Below, piece after piece: positions 37,254 through 46,503 of a stretch of DNA of 53,734 nucleotides (position 1 is its first letter; each line of letters begins with the position of its first letter). A program made the translations under genes and the position numbers. The stretch is from Betaproteobacteria bacterium. GTDB taxonomy: Bacteria > Pseudomonadota > Gammaproteobacteria > Burkholderiales > JACQAP01. The notes under the pieces are model-generated. The model did not search any database, was not told the DNA's origin, and worked only from the letters and a program-made list of their open reading frames with translations. Location of the stretch: the NCBI GenBank assembly GCA_052387775.1, contig JBQTIV010000071.1, positions 1 to 53,734 of the forward strand, read 5' to 3'.

Positions 37254-37820
37254 CTACCCCTTCGTGTGCAGTTTCAGCATCGCCGCTTCGGTCTTGCCTT
37301 CCAGCAGCAGCGGCCAGAGTTCCAGGCTGCGCTCGATCGCCTTCTCAATTAGCGGCAGCTCTTCCTTGCGCGGCGCGTTCAATACGTAGTTCGACACCTG
37401 TCCGCGATCGCCGGGATGGCCAATGCCGATGCGCAGCCGCCAGAAATCCACGCCCAGACGGGCGGCGATATCCTTCAAACCGTTGTGACCGGCCACGCCG
37501 CCACCCTTCTTGAGCTTGACTTCGCCCGGCGGCAGGTCAAGTTCGTCGTGCACCACCAGCACATCCGCGGGCGCGATCTTGTAGAACTGGGTGAGCGCCT
37601 GCACTGCGCGGCCGCTCAGGTTCATGAAGGTGTCGGGTTTGAGCAGCCAGCATTCGCGGCCTGCCCCGACCAGCTTGGCGGCGTGGCCGTGAAAACGCGC
37701 TTGGCTCCGAAGCGGAGCGTGGCCGCGCGCGGCCAGACGGTCGACCCACCAGAAACCGGCGTTATGGCGGGTACCGTCATGTTCGCGTCCCGGATTTCCC
37801 AGTCCTACGACGAGCTTCTT
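37254..37820 (-). CDS. pth: Peptidyl-tRNA hydrolase (no canonical start codon)
   Basis: KLVVGLGNPG..TRHNAGF..KPDTFMNLSG..HDELD..GHNGLKDI..RLRIGIG. AAG at 37820 occupies the expected Met position. Confidence 0.92.
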   Translation of the reverse strand, partial: KKLVVGLGNPGREHDGTRHNAGFWWVDRLAARGHAPLRSQARFHGHAAKLVGAGRECWLLKPDTFMNLSGRAVQALTQFYKIAPADVLVVHDELDLPPGEVKLKKGGGVAGHNGLKDIAARLGVDFWRLRIGIGHPGDRGQVSNYVLNAPRKEELPLIEKAIERSLELWPLLLEGKTEAAMLKLHTKG

Positions 37821-37840
37821 GTTGTTTGTCGGCGATCCCC

Positions 37841-37882
37841 AAAAATGAAACGGCCCGCCGGACGCACAGACGGGCGGGCCGT
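37841..37882 (-). terminator. Intrinsic terminator after rplY
   Basis: ACGGCCCGCC...GGCGGGCCGT followed by TTCATTTTT. Confidence 0.75.
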
Positions 37883-37901
37883 ACAGCCAGGAAGAAGAAA
37901 A

Positions 37902-38642
37902 TTACTTCTTGGCGCCCTTGTCGCCCTCCTTCTTTTCGGGCTCCTTTTTGGCTCCCGCAGCCGCCGGAGCAGCACCCGGGACCGCGGCGGCGGCCTCGGT
38001 GGCGGCAGGTGCGCCTTCCACTGCGGCAGCTTCGACAGCAGGAGCGACTTCGGGCTCCGGCTCGACCAGCGCACGCGGTATCTGCACGGTTGCCACCACG
38101 GCATTGTCGCCGCGCGCCAGTTGCGTCGACTCCAGCCCCTTGGGCAGCTTCACATCAGCCAGGTGCACCGAGTGGCCGAGTTCGAGATGCTGCAAATCGA
38201 CTTCGACGAATTCGGGCAGATCGTCCGGCAGGCAGGTCACGTCAATTTCGTTCATCACGTGACTGACGATACCACCCCCGGTCTTCACACCTGGAGCGAT
38301 GTCGGCGTTAATGAAGTGCAACGGCACTTCCATGTGGATTTTCTTGTTGGCCGAAACCCGCTGAAAGTCGACATGCAACACCTGTTGCTTCCACGGATGC
38401 ATCTGCACGTCGCGCAGCAGCACGCGGTCACTCTTGCCGCCGAGGTTCATGTTCAGAATCGAGGCGTGGAAGGCCTCCTGCTTGAGCTGGTGGAACAGCG
38501 AATTGTGATCCAGCTCGATGTTCTGCGCCGGCTCTTCGCCGCCATAGACGATTCCCGGCACCTTGCCCGTTCTGCGCAGACGGCGGCTCGCACCCGTTCC
38601 CTGCAGCGAGCGGGACATCGCATTGACTTCGATCTTTGCCAT
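37902..38642 (-). CDS. rplY: 50S ribosomal protein L25/Ctc (long form)
   Basis: [23 protein letters not shown], and an Ala/Glu/Lys-rich tail. Confidence 0.96.
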   Translation of the reverse strand: MAKIEVNAMSRSLQGTGASRRLRRTGKVPGIVYGGEEPAQNIELDHNSLFHQLKQEAFHASILNMNLGGKSDRVLLRDVQMHPWKQQVLHVDFQRVSANKKIHMEVPLHFINADIAPGVKTGGGIVSHVMNEIDVTCLPDDLPEFVEVDLQHLELGHSVHLADVKLPKGLESTQLARGDNAVVATVQIPRALVEPEPEVAPAVEAAAVEGAPAATEAAAAVPGAAPAAAGAKKEPEKKEGDKGAKK

Positions 38643-38701
38643 GTTGCTCTCCTAAAGTTGACGCCATCCGCGACCAGATGGCGCCAGGGTTAAAAAAAGC
38701 A

Positions 38702-38772
38702 GTGTCAAATGTTGAATGCAAGGCCGCAATTCGCTCTTCAATTCAAAACTCAACACTCGTCACTCGTCACGC
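38702..38772. repeat. Degenerate heptamer arrays (TTGAA/TTCAA and CACTCGT types)
   Basis: Minus strand GTGACGAGTGACGAGTGTTGAGTTTTGAATTGAAG just after the prs stop. Confidence 0.55.
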
Positions 38773-38778
38773 AGCTAA

Positions 38779-39729
38779 CTACTCCATGAATAACGAGCTG
38801 ACAGAGTCCTCGTTGCTGATTCGCAGCATCGTCTCGGCCAGCAGCGCCGCGATGCTCAACTGGCGGATGCGCTTGCAGCGCTTCGCCTCCTCGCGCAACG
38901 GGATGGTATCGGTCACCACCACCTCGTCCAGAACCGAATTCTCGATACGCTCGATCGCCTTGCCCGACAGTACCGGGTGGGTACAGTAAGCCAGCACTTT
39001 CAGCGCGCCCGCCTCTTTCAGCGCCGAGGCGGCTTCACACAATGTATTCGCCGTGTCCACCATGTCGTCCATGATGACGCAGGTGCGATCCGCCACGTCG
39101 CCGATGATATTCATCACCGTGGACACGTTGGGACGCGGACGACGCTTATCGATGATGGCAAGGTCCGATTCCAGCCGCTTCGCCAGCGCACGGGCGCGCA
39201 CCACGCCGCCAACGTCGGGCGACACCACCACCAGATCCTTATGGCCGAGTTTCCAGATGTCGCCCAGCAGAATCGGCCCCGAGTAGACGTTGTCCACCGG
39301 GATGTCGAAAAACCCCTGGATCTGGTCCGCGTGAAGATCCATCGTCAGCAGCCGGTCCACACCGGCCACCACCAGCATGTTGGCCACCACCTTGGCGCTG
39401 ATCGCCACACGCGCCGAGAGCGGTCGCCGGTCCTGCCGCGAGTAGCCCAGGTAGGGAATTGCCGCGGTGATCCGTCCGGCCGAGGAACGCTTCAGCGCAT
39501 CCGCCATCAGCAGGATTTCCATCAGACTGTCGTTGGTGGGCGCGCTGGTCGACTGCAGCACGAATACGTCCTTGCCTCGCACGTTTTCCAGCAGCTCCAC
39601 CATGACCTCGCCATCGCTGAAGCGGCCTACGGTGGCACGCCCGAGCGGGATGTTGAGGTGTTTGACGACGTCCTCGGCAAGCTTGCGATTCGCGTTGCCG
39701 GTAAACACCATCAAGCTGTCGTAGGCCAT
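38779..39729 (-). CDS. prs: Ribose-phosphate pyrophosphokinase
   Basis: [32 protein letters not shown]. Confidence 0.97.
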   Translation of the reverse strand: MAYDSLMVFTGNANRKLAEDVVKHLNIPLGRATVGRFSDGEVMVELLENVRGKDVFVLQSTSAPTNDSLMEILLMADALKRSSAGRITAAIPYLGYSRQDRRPLSARVAISAKVVANMLVVAGVDRLLTMDLHADQIQGFFDIPVDNVYSGPILLGDIWKLGHKDLVVVSPDVGGVVRARALAKRLESDLAIIDKRRPRPNVSTVMNIIGDVADRTCVIMDDMVDTANTLCEAASALKEAGALKVLAYCTHPVLSGKAIERIENSVLDEVVVTDTIPLREEAKRCKRIRQLSIAALLAETMLRISNEDSVSSLFME

Positions 39730-39730
39730 T

Positions 39731-39857
39731 CTAGAGACTGGAAACTGGATACTGAAAACTGGAAAAAAAACCCTCACGGCGGTAAAGCAACTTGCCCCGC
39801 AAATACTCCGGCGGGCGGCGCCTTCTGGTCTCTAGTCTCAAGCCGCTAGTCTCTAGC
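39731..39857. repeat. Inverted heptamer arrays CTRGARA ... TCTCTAG
   Basis: CTAGAGACTGGAAACTGGATACTGAAAACTGG versus CTGGTCTCTAGTCTCAAGCCGCTAGTCTCTAG, between tRNA-Gln and prs. Confidence 0.7.
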
Positions 39858-39858
39858 A

Positions 39859-39933
39859 TGGCTGGGGAGGTAGGGATCGAACCTACGAATGCCGGAATCA
39901 AAATCCGGTGCCTTACCACTTGGCGACTCCCCA
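39859..39933 (-). tRNA. tRNA-Gln(TTG)
   Basis: TGGGGAGTCGCCAAGTGGTAAGGCACCGGA-TT-TTG-AT-TCCGG...GGTTCGATCCC...GCCA; conserved ispE-tRNA-Gln-prs position. Confidence 0.96.
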
Positions 39934-39939
39934 ATATTC

Positions 39940-40809
39940 CTAATTGCCCTCCGACCACAGAGGGTGCCGGTCCAGTCCGCGCGCCACGAATCCCCGCATG
40001 TCCGCCGGAAGCTCCGACAGGACCCGCTGAGCCTGCGCCTCGGTATCGAACCCGCAGAATACGCAGGCTCCGGATCCGGTCATGCGGGCGTCGCCGTATT
40101 GGCGCAACCACTCGAGATGTCGGGCCACTTGCGGATAGCGCCGGCACACCACCGGCTCGAGATCATTGCGACCCTGGCCGACCGAAAAGGCGGCTATTGT
40201 GATTGCATTCGAATTACGTGTCAATTCAGGCGCGGAGAAGATTTCCGCAGTGGAAACAGCCGTTTCCGGTACCAGAACGAGGTACCACGAAGGCGGCAGC
40301 GGGAGCGCTGCAAGGCGCTCGCCGACGCCTTCGGCAAAGGCGCTGCGCCCGAACACGAACACCGGAACGTCCGCGCCCAGTTGCAGCGCCAGCTCCTGAA
40401 GTTGCGCGCGCGAGAGCCCCGTTTGCCACAAGCGGTTCAACACGATGAGCGTGGTCGCGGCATCGGAACTGCCGCCACCCAGGCCGCCGCCCACGGGCAG
40501 CCTCTTGACCAGCTCGATATCCACGCCGAGGCGGGACCTGGTGCGGTCCTTGAGCAGCCGTGCCGCACGCACACACAGGTCGGCCTCGGCGGGTACGCCG
40601 GCAAGCTCGGTGACTCTGCGCACCTCGCCGTCGTCCCGCACCGAGAAGCCCAGTTCGTCGCCGTAGTCGATCAGGCGAAACGCGGTCTGAAGCCAGTGAT
40701 AGCCGTCTGCGCGCCGGCCGAGGACGTGCAGGAACAAATTGAGCTTGGCAGGCGCAGCAAACCGCGCCGCGGCGTTAGCCGCCGTAGCAGATTTTTCGGC
40801 GGGATTCAC
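39940..40809 (-). CDS. ispE: 4-diphosphocytidyl-2-C-methyl-D-erythritol kinase
   Basis: APAKLNLFLHV, GGGLGGGSSDAA, GADVPVF, MTGSGACVF. Confidence 0.95.
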   Translation of the reverse strand: MNPAEKSATAANAAARFAAPAKLNLFLHVLGRRADGYHWLQTAFRLIDYGDELGFSVRDDGEVRRVTELAGVPAEADLCVRAARLLKDRTRSRLGVDIELVKRLPVGGGLGGGSSDAATTLIVLNRLWQTGLSRAQLQELALQLGADVPVFVFGRSAFAEGVGERLAALPLPPSWYLVLVPETAVSTAEIFSAPELTRNSNAITIAAFSVGQGRNDLEPVVCRRYPQVARHLEWLRQYGDARMTGSGACVFCGFDTEAQAQRVLSELPADMRGFVARGLDRHPLWSEGN

Positions 40810-41381
40810 TCGATCAGGTCCCAGCGGTCGATGATCAGCCGCAGGCTGAGACGGTTGTATGCGAGCGCCATGCGCGCCGGCAGCGCGCTGTCTCCGGCGT
40901 AGGCAAGAAAGCTGATGCGCCAATCGTTCTGCGTCAGCGTGGTCAAGCGGCCGCGCGCGTCGCGCTGCTCGGACTGCACCGGAAGCACCGGCTCGACACG
41001 TCCGACCACCCAGTACTGCAGCCCTTCGAGCGGCAGGTCCCAGCCCAAGACCTCGCGGGTCAGCGCCTGCACGTCGCCGGAGCGATAAACCTGATTGTCC
41101 CCGGTCGTCAGCATCGCCCCGGACGCATCGGCCTCGATTTCGGCAATTACCGAGCCGACCGGGGACAGCAGGCGCAGCCGATCTCCGGCAGCCGCATGCC
41201 GCCAGCTCAACTTGGCCGAGTAGCCGCGTTGTTCCATTTTGACCGCGACGCGGCCGGTGAGGGAGAACGCGTCGATCCCGGCATTGGAGGCCGGTAGCGT
41301 CTGCGGCGCGCGCGGGGCCGCGCAGCCGGCCGCCACGGCGAGGACAACAGCGCTCGCGAAAAGACGAATGGGAAGAGGCAC
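40806..41381 (-). CDS. lolB: Outer membrane lipoprotein LolB
   Basis: Lipobox AAGC, GRVAV, LGWDLPL..L.YWV; TPR-lolB-ispE synteny. Confidence 0.9.
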   Translation of the reverse strand: MPLPIRLFASAVVLAVAAGCAAPRAPQTLPASNAGIDAFSLTGRVAVKMEQRGYSAKLSWRHAAAGDRLRLLSPVGSVIAEIEADASGAMLTTGDNQVYRSGDVQALTREVLGWDLPLEGLQYWVVGRVEPVLPVQSEQRDARGRLTTLTQNDWRISFLAYAGDSALPARMALAYNRLSLRLIIDRWDLIE

Positions 41382-41390
41382 CGATGCGCC

Positions 41391-43214
41391 TCAGGGCAGG
41401 ACTTTCTTGATGACCTTCTGCAGCTCTTCGCTGCCGGGGTTGTCGCGCAGCGAGTCGCGCCAGAGTTTTTCGGCCCCGCCCTTATTGCCTTTTACCCACA
41501 TTACTTCGCCCAGGTGCGCGGCGATCTCGGGGTCGGGACGTTGATCGAACGCGCGCTGCAGGTATCGCAGTCCTTCGGCATTATTGCCGAGGCGGTACTC
41601 AACCCAGCCCATGCTGTCGAGAATGAACGGGTCCTCGGGCGAAAGTTTAAGCGCTTTTTCGATGTAGTCGCGCGCCTCGGCGAGCCGATCGGTGCGGTCC
41701 GCCAGGGTATAGCCGAGCGCGTTGTAGGCCTGCGCATGGTCCGGCTTGAGCGCAATGAGACGCCGCAGGCTGGTCTCCACCACGTCGAGGCGGTCAAGCT
41801 TCTCCGCCGCCAGGGCGATGTCGTAGAGCAGGTCCGGATTGTCCACATGGGCGTCGAGCGCGGCCTTGAGGATGTCGTAGGACTCCTCGTAGGCTTTCGC
41901 TTCGCGCATCAGTTGCGCCTCGGCCTGCAGTATCTGCACGCGCTGTGCTTCGTTCTGCAGTTGCAGGCCCTGCAGATGGGTGCGTGCTTCGGCCAGGCGG
42001 TTCTGTCGCGCGAGCATGAACGCGTAGCGCGCGTGCGCCATCACGAATTGCTCACCACCTTCGACCGCGAGGTACCATTGGGCGGCCTCGTCGAAGCGCT
42101 TGCGCTCCTCGCTGACCTGGCCGAGATGAAAACGCACGCTGTCGGGGTCCTTGTAATTCAATTCCAGCACCCGCTTCAACTGCATTTCCGCCGTGTCCAG
42201 ATCGTTGATCTGCACCGACAGTAGCGCCACCGTCACCGCGACGTCGGGATTCTGCGGATTGTCGTCGAGCAGCCGCTGGAACTGGGCGCGCGCCTCAGCG
42301 TATTTCTTTTCCCCGATCAGCTGGCGGGCGTAATTCAGGCGCACTTCCTGCGCATTCGGATTGGCGGCCAGAAAATCCTTCATGTAGTCGAGCGACTTGG
42401 CGCGCGACTCGCTGGTCAGTGCCTGGGCCTGGAACAGCGCAGCCGCCTCCCAACCCGGCCGCATTCGCAACGCTTCGCGGATTTCCGCCAGCGCTGCGTC
42501 ATATTTATTGGCCGCCAGCGCCGCCTGCGCCACCGCGAAGTGGGCTTCCGGGAGCTGCGGATAGGGTTTCACCAAATCCTTTACCAACGCCAGAACGGCA
42601 TTCTCGTCGGCGTGCTTGGCGAGCAGCGTGTGCAACTGCATCATCGATGCGCCGACATTGGCGCCGTCCGCGGCAAGCATCTCCTGTAGCAGCGGCCTGG
42701 CCGCCTGCAGGTTATCGGTGGTGACGAACAACGCCACCAGCGTATTGCGTGCCGCGCTCGACCCTTTCTCCGTGGCCAGCCAGATCTGGGCAGCTTCCAG
42801 CGCCATCCCGGTCTGCCGTGCATACAGAGCCAACTCGGTGGCGCGCCGGGCGATCCGCGGGTCGCGCGTGGACCGGGCCATGTCGAGATAGGCTTGCGCC
42901 GCAATCTGGTAGCTGCCGCGCTGACCGGCAATCTCGCCCAGCAAAAACTTGTAGAGCAGATCCGAATCCAAATCGCGACCGGGGAGATCTGCCGCAGACA
43001 GCGATTGCGTGCCGAAGACGCGCTGGGCACGCTCTTCGAAGCTCTCCTCCGCATCTGCGGCCTGCGCCGACCACTCCATGTCGGCCCCGGAAGTCATCAC
43101 GCGGTCCGCGGCCAGCACAGGTGCGCCGGCGCGCGCTCCCGGCTGGGCACAGGCGCCCAGCGTCAGACAGGACGCGGTCAACAACGGCAGGAGCCAGGAT
43201 AACAATGACGGCAT
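41391..43214 (-). CDS. Tetratricopeptide repeat (lipo)protein
   Basis: Multiple TPRs (NALGYTLADR, DSMGWV, AAHLGEV) and a possible lipobox LGAC. Start approximate. Confidence 0.9.
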   Translation of the reverse strand: MPSLLSWLLPLLTASCLTLGACAQPGARAGAPVLAADRVMTSGADMEWSAQAADAEESFEERAQRVFGTQSLSAADLPGRDLDSDLLYKFLLGEIAGQRGSYQIAAQAYLDMARSTRDPRIARRATELALYARQTGMALEAAQIWLATEKGSSAARNTLVALFVTTDNLQAARPLLQEMLAADGANVGASMMQLHTLLAKHADENAVLALVKDLVKPYPQLPEAHFAVAQAALAANKYDAALAEIREALRMRPGWEAAALFQAQALTSESRAKSLDYMKDFLAANPNAQEVRLNYARQLIGEKKYAEARAQFQRLLDDNPQNPDVAVTVALLSVQINDLDTAEMQLKRVLELNYKDPDSVRFHLGQVSEERKRFDEAAQWYLAVEGGEQFVMAHARYAFMLARQNRLAEARTHLQGLQLQNEAQRVQILQAEAQLMREAKAYEESYDILKAALDAHVDNPDLLYDIALAAEKLDRLDVVETSLRRLIALKPDHAQAYNALGYTLADRTDRLAEARDYIEKALKLSPEDPFILDSMGWVEYRLGNNAEGLRYLQRAFDQRPDPEIAAHLGEVMWVKGNKGGAEKLWRDSLRDNPGSEELQKVIKKVLP

Positions 43215-43288
43215 GGAGCGGTTGGGGCGGTGAGATGGAATAAATGCGCGCAACTGAACGTTAGAGGGGATGGCCGCGCGCGAAGTTC

Positions 43289-43317
43289 TTCAACCCGGTA
43301 CACAGTTTAGGTATATT
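43289..43317 (+). promoter_or_regulatory. Putative sigma-70 promoter for the ABC operon
   Basis: TTCAAC-17 nt-TATATT. Confidence 0.45.
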
Positions 43318-43451
43318 TGGCGGCCATCACAAGTAACCCCGACCCGTCCGCCGACAGCCGTTGCGGCGCGATAGCCCGCATTCACAAGGGGCTGAAGACG
43401 AACGGGGTTGCGACAGCACAAATTTCCGCAATTTCGAGATGAGGCGAGGGC

Positions 43452-44417
43452 ATGACCACCACGGTGAGCTCTGAATTGACCGTTTCCGCGCAGGCACTGA
43501 CGCGCACCTACGGCGCCCTTCGCGCGGTGCGCGAGGTTTCGCTGGAACTCAGGCGCGGCGAAGTACTGGGACTGCTCGGGCCCAACGGCGCCGGCAAGAC
43601 CACCACCATGCAGATGCTCACCGGCAATCTGGCGCCGACCAGCGGCGAAGTGCTCATCTGCGGCATCGACCTGATCGATATGCCCACCCGGGCGAAATCG
43701 CGCATCGGCTATCTACCGGAAGTGCCGCCGTTGTATCGTGAACTCAAGGTCGACGAGTACCTGCGCCTGGCTGGGCGCCTGCACAAACTCAGGAAAAGCG
43801 CGCTGAAGCCGGCGGTGGAGCGCGCCAAGAATCGCTGCGGGCTGGCGGACATGGGAAAGCGGCTGATTGGCTCGCTGTCGAAAGGCTACCAACAGCGCGT
43901 CGGCATCGCCCAGGCGATCATCCACGAACCCGATGTGATCATTCTCGACGAGCCCACCATCGGTCTGGACCCGAACCAGATTCGTGAGATGCGCGCGCTC
44001 GTACGCGACCTCGGGCGCGATCACAGTGTCATCCTCTCCACCCACATCCTGCCCGAAGTCGAAGCGGTGTGCGACCGGGTGCAGATTCTGCACCGCGGTG
44101 AAGTGGTGTTCTACGACAGCATCGCCGGGCTCAAGCAGTTCCGCGGCGGTCATGCTTTGCAGATTGGCCTGCACAATCCGCCGCCGCTTGCCGAGCTTGC
44201 CGTCGCGGCCGCCGATGCAGAAGTCGACGCCATCAATGCCAACCTGTTCCGGGTGCGCCCGCGCAGCGGCATCGATCCCACTGACGCCCTGGTGCGGGCC
44301 GCGGTCGCGCGCAACTGGGGCCTGTATCTTCTGCAACCGGCGCTGGCGAGCCTGGAAGAGGTGTTCGTCCAATTGACCCGGGACGAAGAAGATCAAAGTG
44401 AAAGGGCGTCCGCATGA
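43452..44417 (+). CDS. ABC transporter ATP-binding protein (GldA-like)
   Basis: GPNGAGKTT, LSKGYQQRVG, LDEPTIGLDP. Confidence 0.92.
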   Translation: MTTTVSSELTVSAQALTRTYGALRAVREVSLELRRGEVLGLLGPNGAGKTTTMQMLTGNLAPTSGEVLICGIDLIDMPTRAKSRIGYLPEVPPLYRELKVDEYLRLAGRLHKLRKSALKPAVERAKNRCGLADMGKRLIGSLSKGYQQRVGIAQAIIHEPDVIILDEPTIGLDPNQIREMRALVRDLGRDHSVILSTHILPEVEAVCDRVQILHRGEVVFYDSIAGLKQFRGGHALQIGLHNPPPLAELAVAAADAEVDAINANLFRVRPRSGIDPTDALVRAAVARNWGLYLLQPALASLEEVFVQLTRDEEDQSERASA

Positions 44418-45157
44418 TCTGGACCATTGTGACCAAGGAATTGAGATCGCTGTTCGCCTCGCCGCTGGCGTGGGTGGTGCTGGCGTTCCTGCAGATCATC
44501 CTGGCGTGGATCTTTCTCACCCGGGTGGACTACTTCCTGAGCATTCAGGCGCAACTCGTACGCGTGCCCAATGCACCGGGACTCACTGAAATCGTGGTGG
44601 TGCCGATGTTCGGCATCGCCTCGATCGTGCTGCTGATGTCGGTGCCGCTGCTGACCATGCGGCTGGTGGCTGAAGAGCGCCGCAACCAGACCATGGCCAT
44701 GCTCATGTCGGCGCCGGTATCGATGACGCAAATCGTGCTTGGCAAGTTCCTCGCCACACTCGCCTTCCTCGCCATCGTCGCGGGCCTGATTGCACTGATG
44801 GGACTGTCGCTGCTGCTGGGCGGCAAACTGGACCTTGGACTCATCGCCACCAATATGCTCGGCTTGCTGCTGCTGACCGGAAGCTTCGCCGCGATAGGCC
44901 TTTTCATATCCTGCCTGACCAACCACCCGGTGGTGGCGGCCGTCGGCACGCTGGCGGCGTTTCTGCTGCTATGGCTGGCTAACATCTCGGCCTCCGACGC
45001 GGACAGCCCGCTGCACCTGCTGTCGCTGCTGAAACATTTCGAGACGTTCACCAACGGTTCGATTGCGCTCACGGACCTCATCTACTTCGCGCTGCTGACC
45101 GCCACCTTTCTCATCTTTTCGATCCGGCGTCTCGATGCCGATCGCCTGCGCGCATGA
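44414..45157 (+). CDS. ABC-2 type permease (GldF-like)
   Basis: KELRSLFASPLAW, PLLTMRLVAEERR, LGKFL; about six TMs. Confidence 0.9.
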   Translation: MIWTIVTKELRSLFASPLAWVVLAFLQIILAWIFLTRVDYFLSIQAQLVRVPNAPGLTEIVVVPMFGIASIVLLMSVPLLTMRLVAEERRNQTMAMLMSAPVSMTQIVLGKFLATLAFLAIVAGLIALMGLSLLLGGKLDLGLIATNMLGLLLLTGSFAAIGLFISCLTNHPVVAAVGTLAAFLLLWLANISASDADSPLHLLSLLKHFETFTNGSIALTDLIYFALLTATFLIFSIRRLDADRLRA

Positions 45158-46503
45158 AACCGAATCGCAAACTCAGACTGCAACTGCTGCTCCAGAACGG
45201 CCTGTTCGTGGTGCTGTTGGTCGGGCTGGCAGCCGCCATCACCTGGGTTACCCGGGACATAAAGATCCAGTGGGATCTGACGCATAGCCAACGCAATACC
45301 CTGTCGCAGGCTTCCGCTGAGGTGCTCAAGCAGATGGCCGGACCGATTGACGTTACCGCCTACGCCACCGCCCAGGATGCCGAGGGCGACATCCGCAGGT
45401 CCGTGCAGACCTTTCTCGCCCCTTATCAGCGCGCCAAGAACGACTTCATGCTGGATTTCGTCGATCCGCGCGAGCAGCCGCAGAAAGCGCAGGCAGCGGG
45501 GGTACGCATCAACGGCGAACTGGTGATCGCATACAAGGGCAGAAACGAACATCTCACCAACCTCACCGAGCAGGAACTCACCAATCTGTTGGTGAGGCTG
45601 GCACGCTCTACGGAGCGCCAGGTGATGTCGCTTGACGGGCATGGCGAACGCAAGCTCGACGGCCGCGGCAATCACGATCTGGGCGAGTTCGGCAATCAGC
45701 TTGTCGCCAAGGGTTTCAAGACCGCGGCGTTGAACCTGGCGCAGGCGCAGGATGTCCCGGAAAACATCAGTGTGCTAATCATCGCCGGACCGCGCCTTGA
45801 CCTGCTGCCCGGCGAAGCGGGCAAGATCAGGCGCTGGGTCGAGACGGGCGGCAATCTGTTGTGGCTGATCGACAACGATTCGCTGCGCGGACTGCAGGCG
45901 CTCGCCGACGTGCTGGGCCTGGACCTGATTTCGGGCACTGTGGTCGACCCGCGTGCCAGCGGCCTGAACCTGCCGCCGACTTTCGCGCTGGCCTCGGGCT
46001 ACCGCCCGCATCGCATCACCGAGAACTTCGCGATGACCAGCGTGTTTCCTTACGCGCGCCGCATCGCCGCCAACGAGGCAACAAAGTGGCAATTCCAGCC
46101 GCTGGTGGAAGCGGCGCAGAGCGGCTGGTTGGAGACCGGCGCCATCGATGACAATGTCGCGTTCGAGCGCAATCGTGATATACGTGGCCCGATCGTCGTC
46201 GCCGCCGCGCTGGAGCGCGACCTCGGCAGCCGCAAGCAGCACGTCGTGGTTGCCGGTACCGGCGAATTCCTGTCGAACCAGTATGTCGGCTTGCTCGGCA
46301 ACCTCGACCTGGGCGTGAACATGGTCAACTGGCTGGCGGGGGACGAGGCGCTGATCACGGTTCAGCCGCGCACGCGTTCGGATCTTTCGCTGGAATTGTC
46401 GCGCGTCGGCCTGGCGCTGATCGGCATCGGTTTCCTGGTCATCGCGCCGCTTGCCTTCCTGGCCGCCGGCGGCGTGATCTGGTGGCGCCGCCGCAAGGCA
46501 TGA
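45154..46503 (+). CDS. GldG-like ABC auxiliary protein
   Basis: N- and C-terminal TMs, DLT..RNTLS, GHGE, NMVNWL. Confidence 0.88.
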   Translation: MKPNRKLRLQLLLQNGLFVVLLVGLAAAITWVTRDIKIQWDLTHSQRNTLSQASAEVLKQMAGPIDVTAYATAQDAEGDIRRSVQTFLAPYQRAKNDFMLDFVDPREQPQKAQAAGVRINGELVIAYKGRNEHLTNLTEQELTNLLVRLARSTERQVMSLDGHGERKLDGRGNHDLGEFGNQLVAKGFKTAALNLAQAQDVPENISVLIIAGPRLDLLPGEAGKIRRWVETGGNLLWLIDNDSLRGLQALADVLGLDLISGTVVDPRASGLNLPPTFALASGYRPHRITENFAMTSVFPYARRIAANEATKWQFQPLVEAAQSGWLETGAIDDNVAFERNRDIRGPIVVAAALERDLGSRKQHVVVAGTGEFLSNQYVGLLGNLDLGVNMVNWLAGDEALITVQPRTRSDLSLELSRVGLALIGIGFLVIAPLAFLAAGGVIWWRRRKA

